Assembly (NCBI GenBank): GCA_951406725.2
Contig: OX597831.1
Span: 1,240,001 to 1,304,000 of the forward strand
Length of the DNA: 64,000 bases
Origin: Octopus vulgaris
Taxonomy: Eukaryota
Reading direction: 5' to 3'
The first letter of the stretch is position 1, and each line of letters opens with the position of its first letter. Shown here in pieces: positions 34,553-49,374 of this stretch. The translations under genes were made by a program, and so were the position numbers. A model generated the notes under the pieces. The model made no database searches. It had not been told where the DNA came from and saw nothing but the letters and a program-made list of their open reading frames with translations.

Positions 34553-36194
34553 CATCATAATCTCTGTTTTAACTTACACTTTTCCATGCTCGCATGGAAA
34601 AGTGGACATTAAAACGATGATGTAGGACAGAGTTTATTGAGCCAGATTTTCTACAGCTGGATGCCTTTCCTGTTGTCCACTTTCACTTGCTTCCAAGTAA
34701 GGTGATGTTTCCCCATGCCCAGACATGCTTTTCACAGAAGACTGGACACATGATGTCAAAACAAGGAGACATGGATAACACACATACCTGCACTTACATA
34801 TTCAAATATTTATACCTATACATGATTGGCTTCTTTCAGTTTCCATATACCAAATCCACTTATAAGGCTTTGATCAATCTGGGGGCTATAGTAGATGTGC
34901 CACAGAGTGGAACTGAACAAGAAAATCTGTGACTGAGAAGCAAACTTCTCGACCACAAGGTTCTAACACATTAATATTTAAAATACACAAAGTAAATATA
35001 TAATATGCAAGAAATCTGTGTGTGTGCACACGTGTACACACACACACACACACACACATATAGTGTAGACTGCCAGAGGTGTAACAAACAAAAATACACT
35101 CTGGAATTCGGTTTCATTCTGTTGACATTCTCTTGTGCCCTGGCTGATCTTGCTGATTCAATAAAATAAGTATGAAACAAAAGTACTGGGATTAATAAAA
35201 TGCCTAAAAAAAAACCTTGGGAAAAAATATAAACCATTTGTCTTATTTTCCATTATTATATAAGCTGTTTAGGTGCAGTTTAGTTGTGGTGGGCATACTT
35301 TATTTGTGGTCACCACAGTTTAACCGCATGAGAAAAAAAAAAAAGATGAAAAGAGGGAAAAGGATCAGCATAGCAGGACAGAAAGTAAAAAGAAATAAAG
35401 AAGATGGTAAAAAAGTAGAGAGGCTGAAAATGGGAAAGAATGAGCAACAGAAAGAAGGAAATAGAAGAACTAATAGGATTGAGAGAAAGGTGAGAAATAC
35501 CGCTTGTATTCACTCCCTCACTCATACGCATATAAATGCACAAACACATACACAAACATACTCATACACGCAGACACATTCAAACACATTTGCCAGTGTA
35601 CTTGTAGATACACAGATATGTAGACACAAACACTTACACATATGCAGAAACTCTCTTGTAGACACAGTCACATACATGCAGACACATAAAACACACATAC
35701 AGGAACGACAAAACACATATACAGCTCTATGGATGCATTCACATTTGCAAACATACACATAAACAACACAAAGACACATGTGTCGCTATGCAGACACTCA
35801 CAAATACACACGCAAACAAACTCCATCACACACACACGCACACATACACAGACAAACAAACTCCATCACACACACACGCACACACATCCCAGACTAACAA
35901 TAGCAAAAAGTGTAAAATGACAGTTTTTGGAATATTGAAATTAAAATTGTAAAATTAATCAAACAATTTAGATTAATTTTAACTAAGATAATTAAACATT
36001 TATTATTATCATTTTTTTCGTCATTAAATTTTTACTGAAATTATATTCCATGTTTAACTAGTGTTGTTGTTGTTGTTGTTGTTAATGTTGTTGTTATGGC
36101 TGCTGTTATTGCTTGCTTTTCTTTTATGACTTAAACAGAGGTTGAAGGGCACTGCATGGGTTGTTGATGTAAGAGGAGTGGGGCACCCATCAAA

Positions 36195-36332
36195 ATGTCA
36201 CGTTATTTATCCCCAGACTGGAGACCTGGCCTTAATGCTTGCAACAGAGGTGATTCTGCTAAGAGAAACCAAGAGCCAGATGGTGCTAGCGGCGGGGGTG
36301 GCAGCAGTGATGGTAGTAAAACAAAGCACCAG
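36195..36332 (+). CDS. Probable first coding exon of an unidentified host gene (exon 36139-36332)
   Basis: Polypyrimidine tract plus AAACAG acceptor (36138) and CAG|GTAAGG donor (36333). ATCAAAATG start context with an upstream in-frame stop. Encodes MSRYLSPDWRPGLNACNRGDSAKRNQEPDGASGGGGSSDGSKTKHQ, phase 0. GC-richer than its flanks. Confidence 0.65.
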
Positions 36333-36889
36333 GTAAGGTCATAGTTATTATGAGTTCCTGAGGTGGCTGAGTCAATAGTGCTAATAATGTTGTCGTTCAA
36401 TCCCAGGTCAACCTGTATTTTGCAGACGGACCTATGATCAAAGGAATCCCAACCTTGACCATCCCATTTATTCGTATGCACATTAGAGACTCTGCATTGT
36501 ACAATGAATTCTTCTTCATTGAAAATAGTAGAGTGTAATTGGAGGGAGATTTGACTGCTACTTCAAACAGGTTGAGCAACTATGCAGAGGCATTTTCATT
36601 GATTTGTCAATAGAGTTTATTAGATAAATAGCTGAGCGTCAGGGAATGGAGGGGCGTTAATAACTCAAATCATGCTGCTAGCACTGAATTACAACCTTGG
36701 CCAAGATGTCTCCAAATTCATGGCCTTGTACTGATGGAAGAGATCATTATTAATTTCTCCTACCACTCATTCACTCCATTCATTTTACCTCTCAATATCT
36801 CACTCCTACCCCATATTTTCTGATGTTGTCCTTTCTTGACTGTCTTTCCTCCTATTTTCTCATATATATATATATATATATACATATAA

Positions 36890-36956
<67 letters not shown>

Positions 36957-37317
36957 ATATCTCCACCTGCCTCTTCTCTTTCTTTCCAATGAGAATCCAT
37001 AATTGAAGCTCTGTATATTGAAACAGAAATAGAAGAAATAAGTAGTATAATTTAGAGACATTGTGTTGTTGTTGTTGTTGTTGTGGTGGTGGTTGATGAT
37101 GGTGGTGATGGTCATGGTGATGATGATTGCTGTCATCATTGTCATTGCTATTATTATCAAGACTGTTGTTTTCCTATTTACTTTTACCTTTCTTTTTACA
37201 ACAACTCAACTCAAGAACTCAATCAATTGAAGAGCTTCAAGGAAGAAGTCTATCAGCACTGGAAAAAAAAAGAATCATTTAGCTAAGAGCCAGTATGTAT
37301 GTGTGTGTGCATGCGTG

Positions 37318-37353
<36 letters not shown>

Positions 37354-40319
37354 GGTATGTACATATTAATGAACCCAAGAGAGTGAATTCATTGCAAAAG
37401 CCTGACAAGCCTGACTGAGCAAATATCTATTTAGTCAAAGCAATTGCCAAAGGCAACATCTATGACAGTTATTAAGCAGTCGGTATGGAAGGAACATTGC
37501 AGTAACTTAGAACTGGTTGTAGAGGTGAAATGGTCAAGTGGATAAAGGCGATAACAAAATGGCATAGTAACAAAAAGTAGGTAGGTTCAATTCTGCCATT
37601 GTGCTTTCTCCTCATATTTCTGTTTGTTGTTGGCAGTGAGTGATTAGCCCCAGATCATCTTAGATAAAGCAAATATGATCAAAAGCATTCCAGCTAAGAC
37701 CTTCCTTCTTTTTAAAGAATAAGGTTTTATTATTTAATGTATCTCCCTTTTTCAAGATACTGAGGTGTGGTTTAAGGGATATTTAGCCCATTAGAAACTT
37801 ATAAGCAATGGCATAAATATCATAAATAAGGAGACATTGGCGTCATGTTTTCACTGTCTATAAGTTAAACAGTTTTGTGTATATCTATGAAAGTAGCTCT
37901 GTTGTGTCTGAGGAAGAGTCATTTTCTTTTTGTGCCTTATAATGTAACATGCTCAACGGTAAAATTTCCACTTATTTCTTATTTTTACTTTCCTAAAATT
38001 TTCGTTATGTTGTGCAACCTTTTCAATAGTCTTGACTGCTTATTAAAGTAGCATTCTATGAAATATACCATAGCTTATTACACAGTGATGCTCCTGCCAT
38101 TGCCACCACTATAATCTTCTTCAACTATCTCAACCAAACAGCACCGGCTGAAAGTTCCACCCATGTCCTTATTCTTTCAATCTTCTTACTTGTTCTTCTC
38201 TCAGCAATTTGGTCAACTCCCATTTTTGATAATGACTTGAAAGGATTTCATTATTAAATGTAGATATGCATGTTTACTGTGTATGCTTGTTCATTTTTCA
38301 GCAATGAGATCTGCTCTCTCTCTCTCTGTCTTTTGACAACAACTACAATGAACTTAGGTGTTACATATATATATACAAATGTTTCCTCTCTATTACTGTT
38401 CATCTCTCACTAATGTGCTCCACTTCCTTCTTCAGCTATGTCTAGAAAGAGCCTAATTGTTAAATATGTTTTCTCATATGGTCTGTGTATATTTGTTCAT
38501 TTTCCAGCAATGGAGTTTGCATTCAGCTTCTTCAAAGATGTCCATCAAATATCAGACTGCTTGAGAAAGCAAGAGAGAGAGAGAGAGTGTGTGTGTGTGT
38601 GTGTGAGAGAGTGTGTGTGTGTGTGTGTGTGTGAGTGTGTGTGTGTGTGTACGTACGTATGCGTGCATACAAGTGTTTTCTACTATAACCCTTGTGAGTG
38701 GATTTGGCTGATGGAAAATGGAAGAAGCCTGTTGTGTGTGTATGTGTGTATGTCTTAGTGTATGTGTTTGTCCCCAGCTACTAGCAACTGATGTTGGTTT
38801 GTTTATGTCCCAATAACTTAGCAGTTCAGCATAAGTGACTGATGGGATTGATTCATTCAACTAAAACCCTTCAAGGCAGTGCCAATGCATGGCTAGTCCA
38901 ATGACTGGAACAAAATAAAAATATAATACCTAAATATCACTGCAAGATGTCTGTTTCTTTGCCCCTACTTATACTCCTCTCATCTGGCACAGAGCCACCT
39001 TACTCAATACTAATCCCTCCTTCAGTTGAGGGGTCTTGTTTTGTAATCTCACTTGTTTAGTGATCTCACTGCTGCTGGTGCCATGTAAAAAGCATGTAGT
39101 CCATGCTGTAAAGTAGTTGGCATCAGGAAGGGCAACCACCAGTAAAAGCCATACCAGAACAGACATTAGAGCTTGGCATTAGAGACTTCTGACTTGCCAA
39201 CTCCTGTCAAACTGTCCAACCCATGCCAGCCTAGAAAGTGGATGTTAAATGATGATGATATATATATATATGCAAATGTCTGCATCAATGAATATACAAT
39301 CTTATAATACGCTGACTTCATAGCGCAATTATACCTAAATAATATTTTAATGATCCAGTATTAATTTAACTCTAACCTCACTCTTGAAATAAAGATGTTT
39401 GTTATTCTTTTATTCTTTTACTGGTTTCAGTCATTGAACTGTGGCCATGCTGGAGCAGCAGCTTGAATGGTTTTAGGCAATCATATCACCTCCGGTTCTT
39501 ATTTCAGTCTCACACCTACTTTATTTGATTTCAATTCATCAAACAGCTAACTTCTGCTCTTTGATGCAACACCAGTTTATATACAGTAAACATATACATA
39601 TATATATATACACAAAGGGTCTATGAACAGTTTGGGATTATCAAATTATAATCAAACAGCATTGATCAATCCAAAACTGCAGTAAAAGGCCCTTATGGGA
39701 TTAACCCAGAACCACATAGTTGTAAAGTGAACTTCTGAATTACATGACTATATTTGCAACCATTGTAACTGTTTTTATTTTTCTTGTCCACAGCCTAAAC
39801 ACTTAGTTTTCAAAGGTTGTTGTTGTTTAACCACAGATCAGCCTTGGTTGAGCAGATCTATGATCAAAGGCATTTCAGCCATGACCACCCCATCTTTTTG
39901 TATATCCAGGACTACATTGGTCAACATGTTATTCCCATTTTAAAACAGTGTGGAGTGATTTGAGGATATCTGGTTGCTATTTTTAGCAGGTCAAATGATC
40001 ACATAGAGTCTCACCTTATTGATTTGAAGTAGATACTGTAGATGCTATAATTTAGAGTTAAAAAACTGAGAAGTATCTTGTTAGCCTGTAATGTTAAGTT
40101 CAGTTCTTATAGGAAACGTGTCCTGTGACAAACTGACACCCTATCCAAGAGATAATTATCTCTTATTGACATGAAACTAGGGATAATTATAGATCTTTGT
40201 AATCTTTGAAAATATTATCGAACACACACTTTAAACATGAGAGCAAGACAAACTACATTACTGGTAAGAGATCTAACATAAAGCTCTACAGTTTAAATAT
40301 GGAGCATTTATGTTGTTGT

Positions 40320-40600
40320 TAAGATTAATCTTGGCAGTTCTGCTTTAGTAAACTTTAAAGATGACAGGATAACCATGGACAGTTCTGCTTCACCTAACTC
40401 TAATGAGCTAGTAATTGTTGATAGTTCTGCTTCAATAGACCCTAAAAATGATGCAAGTTGTTGATCTTAAGCAACCCTGGATGTTCTGCTTCAGTAAACC
40501 CTAAAGTTTGATGTTGTTAAACAGCTTTGGACAGTTCCAAAGATGTTACTAGTTGGTGTGGTTGCTAGAAAGCTCCGGACAATCTTGGATCAATAAACTG
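40320..40600. repeat. Degenerate tandem repeat (GACAGTTCTGCTTCAGTAAACCCTAAAGATG-like)
   Basis: GTTCTGCTT recurs at ~40337, 40382, 40424 and 40482, with further decayed copies. Confidence 0.6.
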
Positions 40601-40687
40601 TAATGATGATAGTTCATATCATTTCAGGTAATCCAGGATAGTCCCTATTCAGCACATTCCCAGATGTTTCGAGTTTTAAATTTAGGG

Positions 40688-40900
40688 TTCAAATTTTAGC
40701 ACAAGGCCAGCAATTTCGGAGACAGGGTGTAAATTGATTACTGGAATTATTGAATTATTGAAACTGGAACTTATTTTATCAACCTCGAATGAATGAAAGG
40801 CAAAGCTGACTTCAGCGGAATTTGAACTCTGAACATAAAGACAAACAAAATGCTACTAAGCATTTGCCAGGTGTGCTATCAGTTCTACTAGCTCGCCATC
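40688..40900 (-). mobile_element. SINE family A
   Basis: Diagnostic GAAAGGCAAAGCTGACTTCAGCGGAATTTGAACTC. Followed by decayed + strand copies at 40925-41140. Confidence 0.8.
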
Positions 40901-41762
40901 CTATTCAAGTATTAAATATTAAGACAACAAACTGGCAGAATTGTTACCAAATCAATTAAAGTGCCTCTTGATATTTGTGCTGACTCTTTGCACTCTGAGA
41001 TCAAATCCTGACAAGGTCAACTCAGAGTCAATGAAAATAGTTACCATTGAGAGTAATGGATTAGTGGAACTGCAAGAATGTCAGACAGGATGCTTTGTTC
41101 CAACTCTTTGCATTTTAAATTCAAATAATGCCATGGCCTAACTGAGTGGCAAAGTTAATCAGTTGACCAATTTGACACCACAACCTGACACTCTAAATAT
41201 TTTTAATATTAGGGCCAGAACATACCTGGCCCTAATGCCAGATATGTTACCAGGATACCTTCCTTCCTTCCTCTCACCATTCTTGGAGACCTTGTAAAGT
41301 GTCATGGGCTCTGCCTTTCTGACAAAAATATTTTTTTTAAAAATAGCCGTAGTGATAAGAAGTTGATGGTCAGAAATATAAAGCAGATGCTTGATTTTAT
41401 TGGCTTCTATTATGTGATATTTTTATCTTGAAATTTCTTGCCTGTACTGCCATATTTCATACCTGAAACAAGGTTATTGTTTAAAAGATGGCAGTTTAGT
41501 AGATCTGGCCATTATATTGATCAAGTCAAGCAGTAAGGAAATTTCTTAGCTGAAAAGAAAAGTGTAGCACTGTTGATGTTTAACCTCAGCTCAGCTGTTA
41601 TCCAGCAGAATTATGATCAAAAGATGTTCAAGTAATGACTTCCCATATACTCTTTAAAACATATCTAGTATGGCATACTCAGTGTGGTATAACAGCAGTA
41701 TGATGCTTAATAAGACTGAACATTTGAAAACAGAAATCATTTAATGTATGTGATCTAAATTT

Positions 41763-42214
41763 CACTAAAACCAAATGACCACTGTACTGCTTTATAATGA
41801 AGGAATATGCAGGCCTTTTTTGTCAAGACCTCCACACTCCCTCTTAAGAAGCATGCAGGCTTCAAGTGGCCACGATAAGATGTGTTTCACAGTGCTACAC
41901 CATTAGCTTTGGTAGGTATTGAATTTTATGCTGTGAATCTCTTTGCCCTGTTTAGAGTGCAGAATCTCCACAAAATAGCACTAAAACCAAATGACCCCAA
42001 TACTGCTTTATCATGAAGGAAAAAATGCAGGCCTTTTTTGTCAAGACCTCCACACTCCCTCTTAAGAAGCATGCAGGCTTCAAGTGGCCACGATAAGATG
42101 TGTTTCACAGTGCTACACCAGAGATCTGTCTGCCATTAGCTTTGGTAGGTATTGAATTTTATGCTGTGAATCTCTGCATCCTGTATCAAGGTGCAGAATC
42201 TCCACAAAATAGCA
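41763..42214. repeat. Local tandem duplication, ~216 bp + ~234 bp
   Basis: 41763-41978 versus 41979-42214. The second copy has an extra GAGATCTGTCTGCCA. Confidence 0.9.
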
Positions 42215-44976
42215 TGGCCTGTTGCTCAGCATAATGGGAATGGCATAAATAGTAATATGACAGTCTTTAGTTTCATTTCAATTTGATCTGACTTCAAATT
42301 CATCAGAGTTAACTCAGGTTTACCTTTCTTTCCTTCACATAATCAATAAAATAACTATCAATCATACAGTTTAGAGGAGACTCAGTAATCAATCAACCAG
42401 TCACTGTTTTACTCTTTTATTTGTTTCATAATTGGACTACAGCCATGCTGGGGTACTATTTGCAATGATGTTTAGTCAATTATATCACCTGACCCCATCT
42501 CCAGTGCTTGCTTTATTAAGCTTATAAGGTAGGACAACAAAACTGATGTAACCAAAACAATCACAGAGCATTTTTGTTTGATACACTAATGCTGCCTTCC
42601 AGCCCATGACTACAGCTTTTATCTTGTGTATTTTACTTGTTTCAGTCTTTGTACAGTGGCCATGATGTGGCACCACACTGAAAGGTTTTAGTCAAGCAAA
42701 TCAACTGCAGTGTGTACTTTTTAAAGCCTGGTGCATATTCTATCAGTCTCTTTTGCTGAACATCTAAGTTATGGGGACATAAACAAACCAGCACAGGTTG
42801 TCAAATGGGTTGTGGACGGACTCAGAGACACACACACACACACATATATATGAAGGGCTTCTTTCAGTTTCCATCTATCAGATACACTCACAACGCTTTG
42901 GTCAGCTCAAGGCTATAGCAGAAGACACTTGCCCAAGGTGCCATGCAATGTGACTGAACCAAGAACCATGTGATAGGAAGCCAACTTCTTGCCATTCAGC
43001 AATGCCTGGACCCATATATGTCACAAACAAAGATATGTGTATGTATATGTGTGTGTGTGTGTGTGTATTATGTATGTATGTATACACACACATACACATA
43101 TCTCTTTATTTGCAACAACGACATGGCTACATTTCTCATGGAGTCATAAAAAGTGCACCCATCATAATCTATTCTGTAAAGTAGTTGCAGTTAAGAAAGA
43201 CATCCAGCCGTAAAAGCCAAGCAATAATGAAATGAGAACAAGGTGACTAAGCCTGCCCAATACCAATCCATCTTAAAGGTCCTGTCTAACTCATGACAAC
43301 ACAGACAGTGAATGTAAAACAATGATGACTATACATACATTTATAAAGATATGCACATGTGTATATATGTGTATACACACACTGTATCTATCTACCAGAT
43401 TTTGCACACTAGTCTTTAATTGAACCAATACTACAGTAGAAAACACTTGCCCAAAATGCTATGCAATGATTTGAAGCCCAGACCCATGTGATTGTGAAGC
43501 AATCTTCTTAACTTCATAGCTATGCCTACACCTATACATACCTATACATACCTTCTATAAATGTATGACCCTTGTGCTACAGTAAGAGATCAATAGTCAA
43601 TGCGATCAATGAAGCATAAAATATATTTTGGTTATGTTGCTGCCATATTCAGCTCTAACCTAACACCCAATGCCCTCTCTTCACCACTCATCTACTCCTC
43701 TGCTGTGCCAGCCATCTAGGACTTCTGTGAAATTCTTTGTGTTTAGAATTGTAAGCTGACCTTTCAGTGGAAAAGCTGACTTTGACAAACAACATCTACA
43801 AGGCAAGCAAGATTAAGAAAAGAAAGGAAGTATTATTATTATTATTATTATTCCACGCTGCAATTGTTTATTATTATTATTATTATTATCATTTTCTTAG
43901 TAGTAATAGTTTTAATAGTATAGAAGCTAGGAAGTAGTAAATGATAGTAATGTATGACAGTGATAGTCCTGAGTGGGGCAATGGTGGTCTGGGTGTGTAT
44001 GCATGCTTCCTTGGGTGTGTGTGTGTGTGTGTGCACGAGTGTGTATGCATGTAAGCTTGCTGGTGCTGTTGTTGTGGTAATGGTGGTTATAGTCATGGAA
44101 GCAATAGAAGTATTTCAGTTCACAAGCTTTAAATGAAAACCCAGGAACTGCCATCATCAAATTCCAACATGAAGATGAAATATATATATATATATATTCA
44201 TTATATATTCAGTGTTAACATATTTTACACACATTCTCACTCTAACTCATATGTCTTGTCTTTTGTTTTAATGTTTAAATTGGAAACATTCTGAAATTTG
44301 GAATATTTTTTTAGATGGATTTTTAATACCAACGTTAAGTTGTTTTAAGAAACAGACAACAGATAGAAAAGAGAGTGGTGAGAGAATGGGGGAGAGGTGA
44401 GAAAAAGAGAGAGATAGAGAGAGAGAAAGGGCCGAGAGCTAGATATACAAAGGCAGACAAGATACAGACAGGCAGATAGGTAGGTAAGTGTTGTAATAAA
44501 GAGAGAGATATAGATAGATATAAACAAAAAATAAGATCTATAAGCTTAAATATAAGACAGATCTGTATGCAATATAGGTAGAGTGACAGAAAAACAAAGA
44601 GGTGAAATTCAAAAAGTGAGAGAGAAAAACAAAGAGAGACAGATAGATAGACAGACAGCCAGATGGCATTCAGGTAGCCGGCTAGACTGACATATGTAAA
44701 TACATAGATATGTTATATGTCATAACTAGTTCAATTGAGACACAAGTTCATCAAGCAGTAAATGCCAACTACACAATGTTGAATGGCAGTATGACAAAGA
44801 TCGGGTTGGACAAAAAAAGCTATGATAAAGAAATGGATGGCATGGAAACGAGCCTTATTGACATTTTCATCAAAACCAAGCAATGACCGATCGATAGATT
44901 TGGATACAAATCCTAACTAATAGAAATTAATTTGTATTGACAAACAAATACGATGAGTTATTGAGAAACTCTTATG

Positions 44977-45009
<33 letters not shown>

Positions 45010-45055
45010 TGAAGAGTAGCAAAATCACAAAATTCAAACATTAACAACTACAGCA

Positions 45056-45088
45056 ATAATAATAATAATAATAAGAAGAAGAAGAATG

Positions 45089-45123
<35 letters not shown>

Positions 45124-45290
45124 ATGAAGAAGAAGAAGAAGAATGATAATAATAATAATAAGAAGAAGAAGAAGAAGGATGATAATAATAATAATAATAA
45201 TAATGAGATGAAGAAGAAGAAGAAGAATGATAATAATAAGAAGAAGAAGAAGAAGAAGAAGAATGATAATAATAATAATAATAGAGATGA
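45056..45290. repeat. Higher-order (AAT)n(AAG)n compound microsatellite
   Basis: Alternating AAT and AAG blocks joined by AATGAT/GAGATG. Confidence 0.95.
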
Positions 45291-45910
45291 AAATAAACAG
45301 AAGGAAGAAAAAAAAAAGACTGACTTGAATTGTAATAAAAATGAAGAATAGTAAAAAGAAGAGCTCTCTGCTGAAGGAGATAAAAATTCTCCAGTCATGT
45401 TTCTATTGAGATTTATGAAAGCAGTTTTCTACACAGCCTGTTGCAATACTTGCAATAGATGAATATTTTAGACGCTGTATTGACTGAGTGGTAAAACAGC
45501 AAGTTTACACCAACAATGTCAGCAACAGCTGGCTACCAAACTAATTAAACTGCATGGTCAATACACAACAGAAATAAGACACATGATGTACATGAATATG
45601 TATACGGAATAATGAGTTTGATTCTTTATTATTAACTCTGGATACATGGGTCGGTTTTGTTACTGTTGTTGTCGATGTATTTCGAGATTGGATATCATTA
45701 TTATTAATGCTGCTGTTTCACTGAAAACTGAGTCTTTGACTTTTCTGCTGTAACATCAGCTTCATCAACATCATTGCCATTTTTCATTTCCTTTTTCTCA
45801 TTCTTGTATGGATTGGATGGGTCTCAAGGTTTTAACTTGTTGTTCACTTTGTCATCTAGCACACAGACACTTGTACTTACACAGACACTCATACATATAC
45901 GCATATGCAT

Positions 45911-45964
<54 letters not shown>

Positions 45965-46059
45965 GTGGCAGTAGAGTATGCTGCAATTTTTTTTTTTTTG
46001 CAAGATGTTTACAGCTGGAAGTCTTTAACAAAATGCAACCACTTTTTAGCATGAACTTT

Positions 46060-46520
46060 TTTCCTGAACCTTTGCAAGTCAACCAACACCTTCATGTATA
46101 TGAGCAAGGAGGAAATTTCAGAAGGTTGACATTCTAGAAAGGAAGGAATGGGCACAATGATTAGTTTGGAGCTTGGGGTATTGGACACAATAACAGTGAA
46201 GAAAAGTAGAGGAGAGTTGAGTAAGACAAGAATTTCTGAATGACAATGGCACTCGTCCAGCCACTCAATGGAGCAGAAGCCATTATAGTAGTGGTAGAAA
46301 AGGTAGAGGGAGTAGACAGTGCACCTGTGAGCCAAAGACTGGAGTGTGTCTGTGAGTGGCTTTATGCCAGTCAGATAGGTGGCACTTTTCTGGATGCAAT
46401 CTAAAATGTTTGTGCATGTCGCAGCACCATCCCAGATGTGAAAGCAATACTCAACTGTGGCATCAGCTTTGCATTGTAGAATATCAATAATTGTTGGGAT
46501 CTGAAGTATCTTCAGTTTGT
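46060..46520 (-). mobile_element. Decayed jockey/CR1-group LINE, RT C-terminal fragment
   Basis: The minus strand gives EYCFHIWDGA..LDCIQK..LQSLAHRCTVYSLYLFYHYYNGFCSIE, matching the EYC.H.W / L.HRR.V.SL..FY.YY.G.CS pattern. Confidence 0.8.
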
Positions 46521-46740
46521 CAAGTGAATAAGTAGAAATTTCCTCGTTAGTTCAAATGCCATGAATGTGAAGGTGTTGGAAACAAAAGGTGTCGGTTGTG
46601 TTAAAAAAAAACAACAACACAGAAATCACTTGTGAGACAACTAAAACCCACCAACTTCATTTCACATCTTACGCCCCCTTCATCATCCACTTTTTCTGGT
46701 CCTTCAGTAATTAGGGATGGATTATCTCCTTTATACTATT

Positions 46741-46953
46741 GGTTTCAAATTTTAGCACAAGGCCAGAAATTTTGAGGGAGGGATTTGGTTGAGTATATCA
46801 ACTCTGGTGCTCAACTGGTACTTATTTTATTGAGACTGAAAGGATGAAAGGCAAAGTCAACCTTAGTTGAATATGAACTCAGAATGTAAGGAGGGATGAA
46901 ATGCTGCTAAGCATTTTACCCAGTGTGCTAATGATTCTGCTAACTCGCCACCT
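46741..46953 (-). mobile_element. SINE family A, full length
   Basis: Complete head-to-tail match to the other copies. Confidence 0.85.
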
Positions 46954-49339
46954 TAAATCTCCCTTGTACTATTAACAAGTAGTTTCAACCAAATAGGCAA
47001 AAGCTGGTATAAATAAATGAATTGTCTATAATTCCAATGTATAAGCATGAGATAGTAAAGTGAGTTCTTCCATCTTTAACCCTGCATATAATAGTAGATG
47101 TAATTGCATTACAAAAACAAAAATAAGAAAAGAGAAAAAGAAAAACCCATGAGTTCAATCCTTACAACCAAGAATTGTGTGGTGATCCTTGACAAGATAA
47201 CTTACAACAATTTCTTTAATTTACCACAAAGGAATCAGTTACCTTTCTGCTTTTCATGTTTAAATGGTTCGTGATAAGAAGAGCTTTGAGCTGCAAAATC
47301 CCACAGCCTTCCCTAATTCGTATGCAAACATCCAAACATGGGTAATTACCAATATAAGAAATCATCCTATGGAAAAAGAACAGGCAGATTGGCAAGATCA
47401 ATGGAGCGAGGAATAAAATGCCAAGCAATTTTTACCTTTCATCCTTCCATGGTTGGTCTTAATAGAGTGTTTTTTCACACCTCATTCCACCAAATTATGT
47501 GACCTTGTGCCTATGTTAGAAAACAGTAGCCAATGGTAGAGAAAGAGTGTGAGTAAGGCACTATAGTAAATGGCTTTATAGGTTCAAACCTAATGAGGGT
47601 CCACTTTGCCATTCAAAGTATCAAACTTCTCCCTACAAATATTTACTTTCTACAAATTAACTCATAAACATGCCAAAAATTTCACTCTAGATTATTCTTC
47701 CTTCCTTTCTCAAGACCTGACAGTACCACAAGCATGCCATTATAACATATGGTATATCTCGGACATCAAAGCCTGACATAGCCTAACCCTCTCCAAGTTT
47801 GAACACATCTAATTTTTTTCCAGAGAGAAGGGGAGAAAGTGAGAAAGAAGAAGAATCAGCCCTAATATTGGAATGGTTCTTTATTGACCTTAGAAGGTTA
47901 AAGTTGACCCAGATGGGACTGGAACTCAGAGTTCATGAAACTAGAAAACAAGACAGTTTTATGCTGTAATGACTCAGCCTTCTATTCTAAATTATCTATT
48001 GCAACCACAGTAGCATCTAATCTGCATGCATGTGCAACTGTGCAGTGGCTGTCACATGTCCATGTAAGTAACTCAGACCCTCACTCACTCCCAATTTCAC
48101 AACACTAATGAAGTGGTTGTTTTTTTCCTTTTCATTTTTGTCATATCAACACTGAATGAAGTAGAGTAGTTGTGAGTGTATGGATTTTTTAAAAGCTGAC
48201 AAATATAGAATATCTTAATAGGATTATAATTTTTCTGGCTATTGACTGTGTCATTAAATATTAATAATTTTAGTAATTACATGTGTACTATGCTTTGACA
48301 GGTTACTGATACAGATATATTCATCAGTGGCCTAGTGGAGAAGAAAGTCATCACTCTTCGTATAAAAATAAAGGTTCTTTGTATACAACCAAGAACAAGA
48401 CATTTGATGATGTGTTTGGACATCTGACTGGAAACAAATGAGGATGTAAAATAAAAAGTAAAAGACTATTTTATCTCTAAGAATGAGTTTTATAGATTTA
48501 AAAATGATAATCTTATTAACAACATCACATCTCGGACATCTAGACATTTAGTAAAATATATTATTTAGTCCCTACCCACCAAATTATTCTATAGTTTGAT
48601 CCTGTGTTTTCTGGTCCAATTCAACTGCTGTACATCTTCACCCTTTGCTTAAAGAGGAGCATTAAATAAAAACCAGAATCCAAAAAGCTAGTGAAGGTCT
48701 CTGTCAACAAAAGTTCACAAATTTGGAATATTACTTCAAAAGTTTGTTGTATCAAAGAAGGGATTTGCTTGAAATCTCAGTATTCACCAGGTCTTATCCA
48801 AATTTGTAAACTTTATCATTGGTAATATGTAGTAATAAGAATCACAAAGACACTGTTTGAAAGGATACAAATAGTCTAGTTAGCAGAGATTCAAAGTTAG
48901 TCAGACACCTTTATTCTGAGATGGAGCCCTAAATGCAAGGTGTTGTTCTACTGTGGTCACAGTCATTTCATCATTTCATAGTGCTTGAGTAAAATAATAC
49001 ACATCACTGAAATAAAATACAGATCTAATAGAAATATTAAATTACCTAGCACACTTTTACTTCATTCCTTTATTTTGTTGTAGGAATGTAAATGACATAC
49101 TTAGGAAGAAATTTACTTGTTATGTCCTCAGTTAATGTTCTTAGCATCAACAATAAATCTCTCATCTATATTCTGCTAAAACATTTACACGCACACGCTC
49201 TCACAGACATACACATTTATATAATATACATGGACATTATGTGTCTACATGTGCATGTATGTGCGTGTATATATATATATATACATACACACACACACAT
49301 ATATACATATACACATACATATATATATTAATATATATA

Positions 49340-49374
<35 letters not shown>

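Noticed and set aside
37990-38036. Hammerhead-like spacing on the minus strand (CTATTGA..GTTGC..AAC-GAAA)
   Set aside because: The core differs at the essential G5/A6 positions and the stems are poor, so it is not supportable from this copy.
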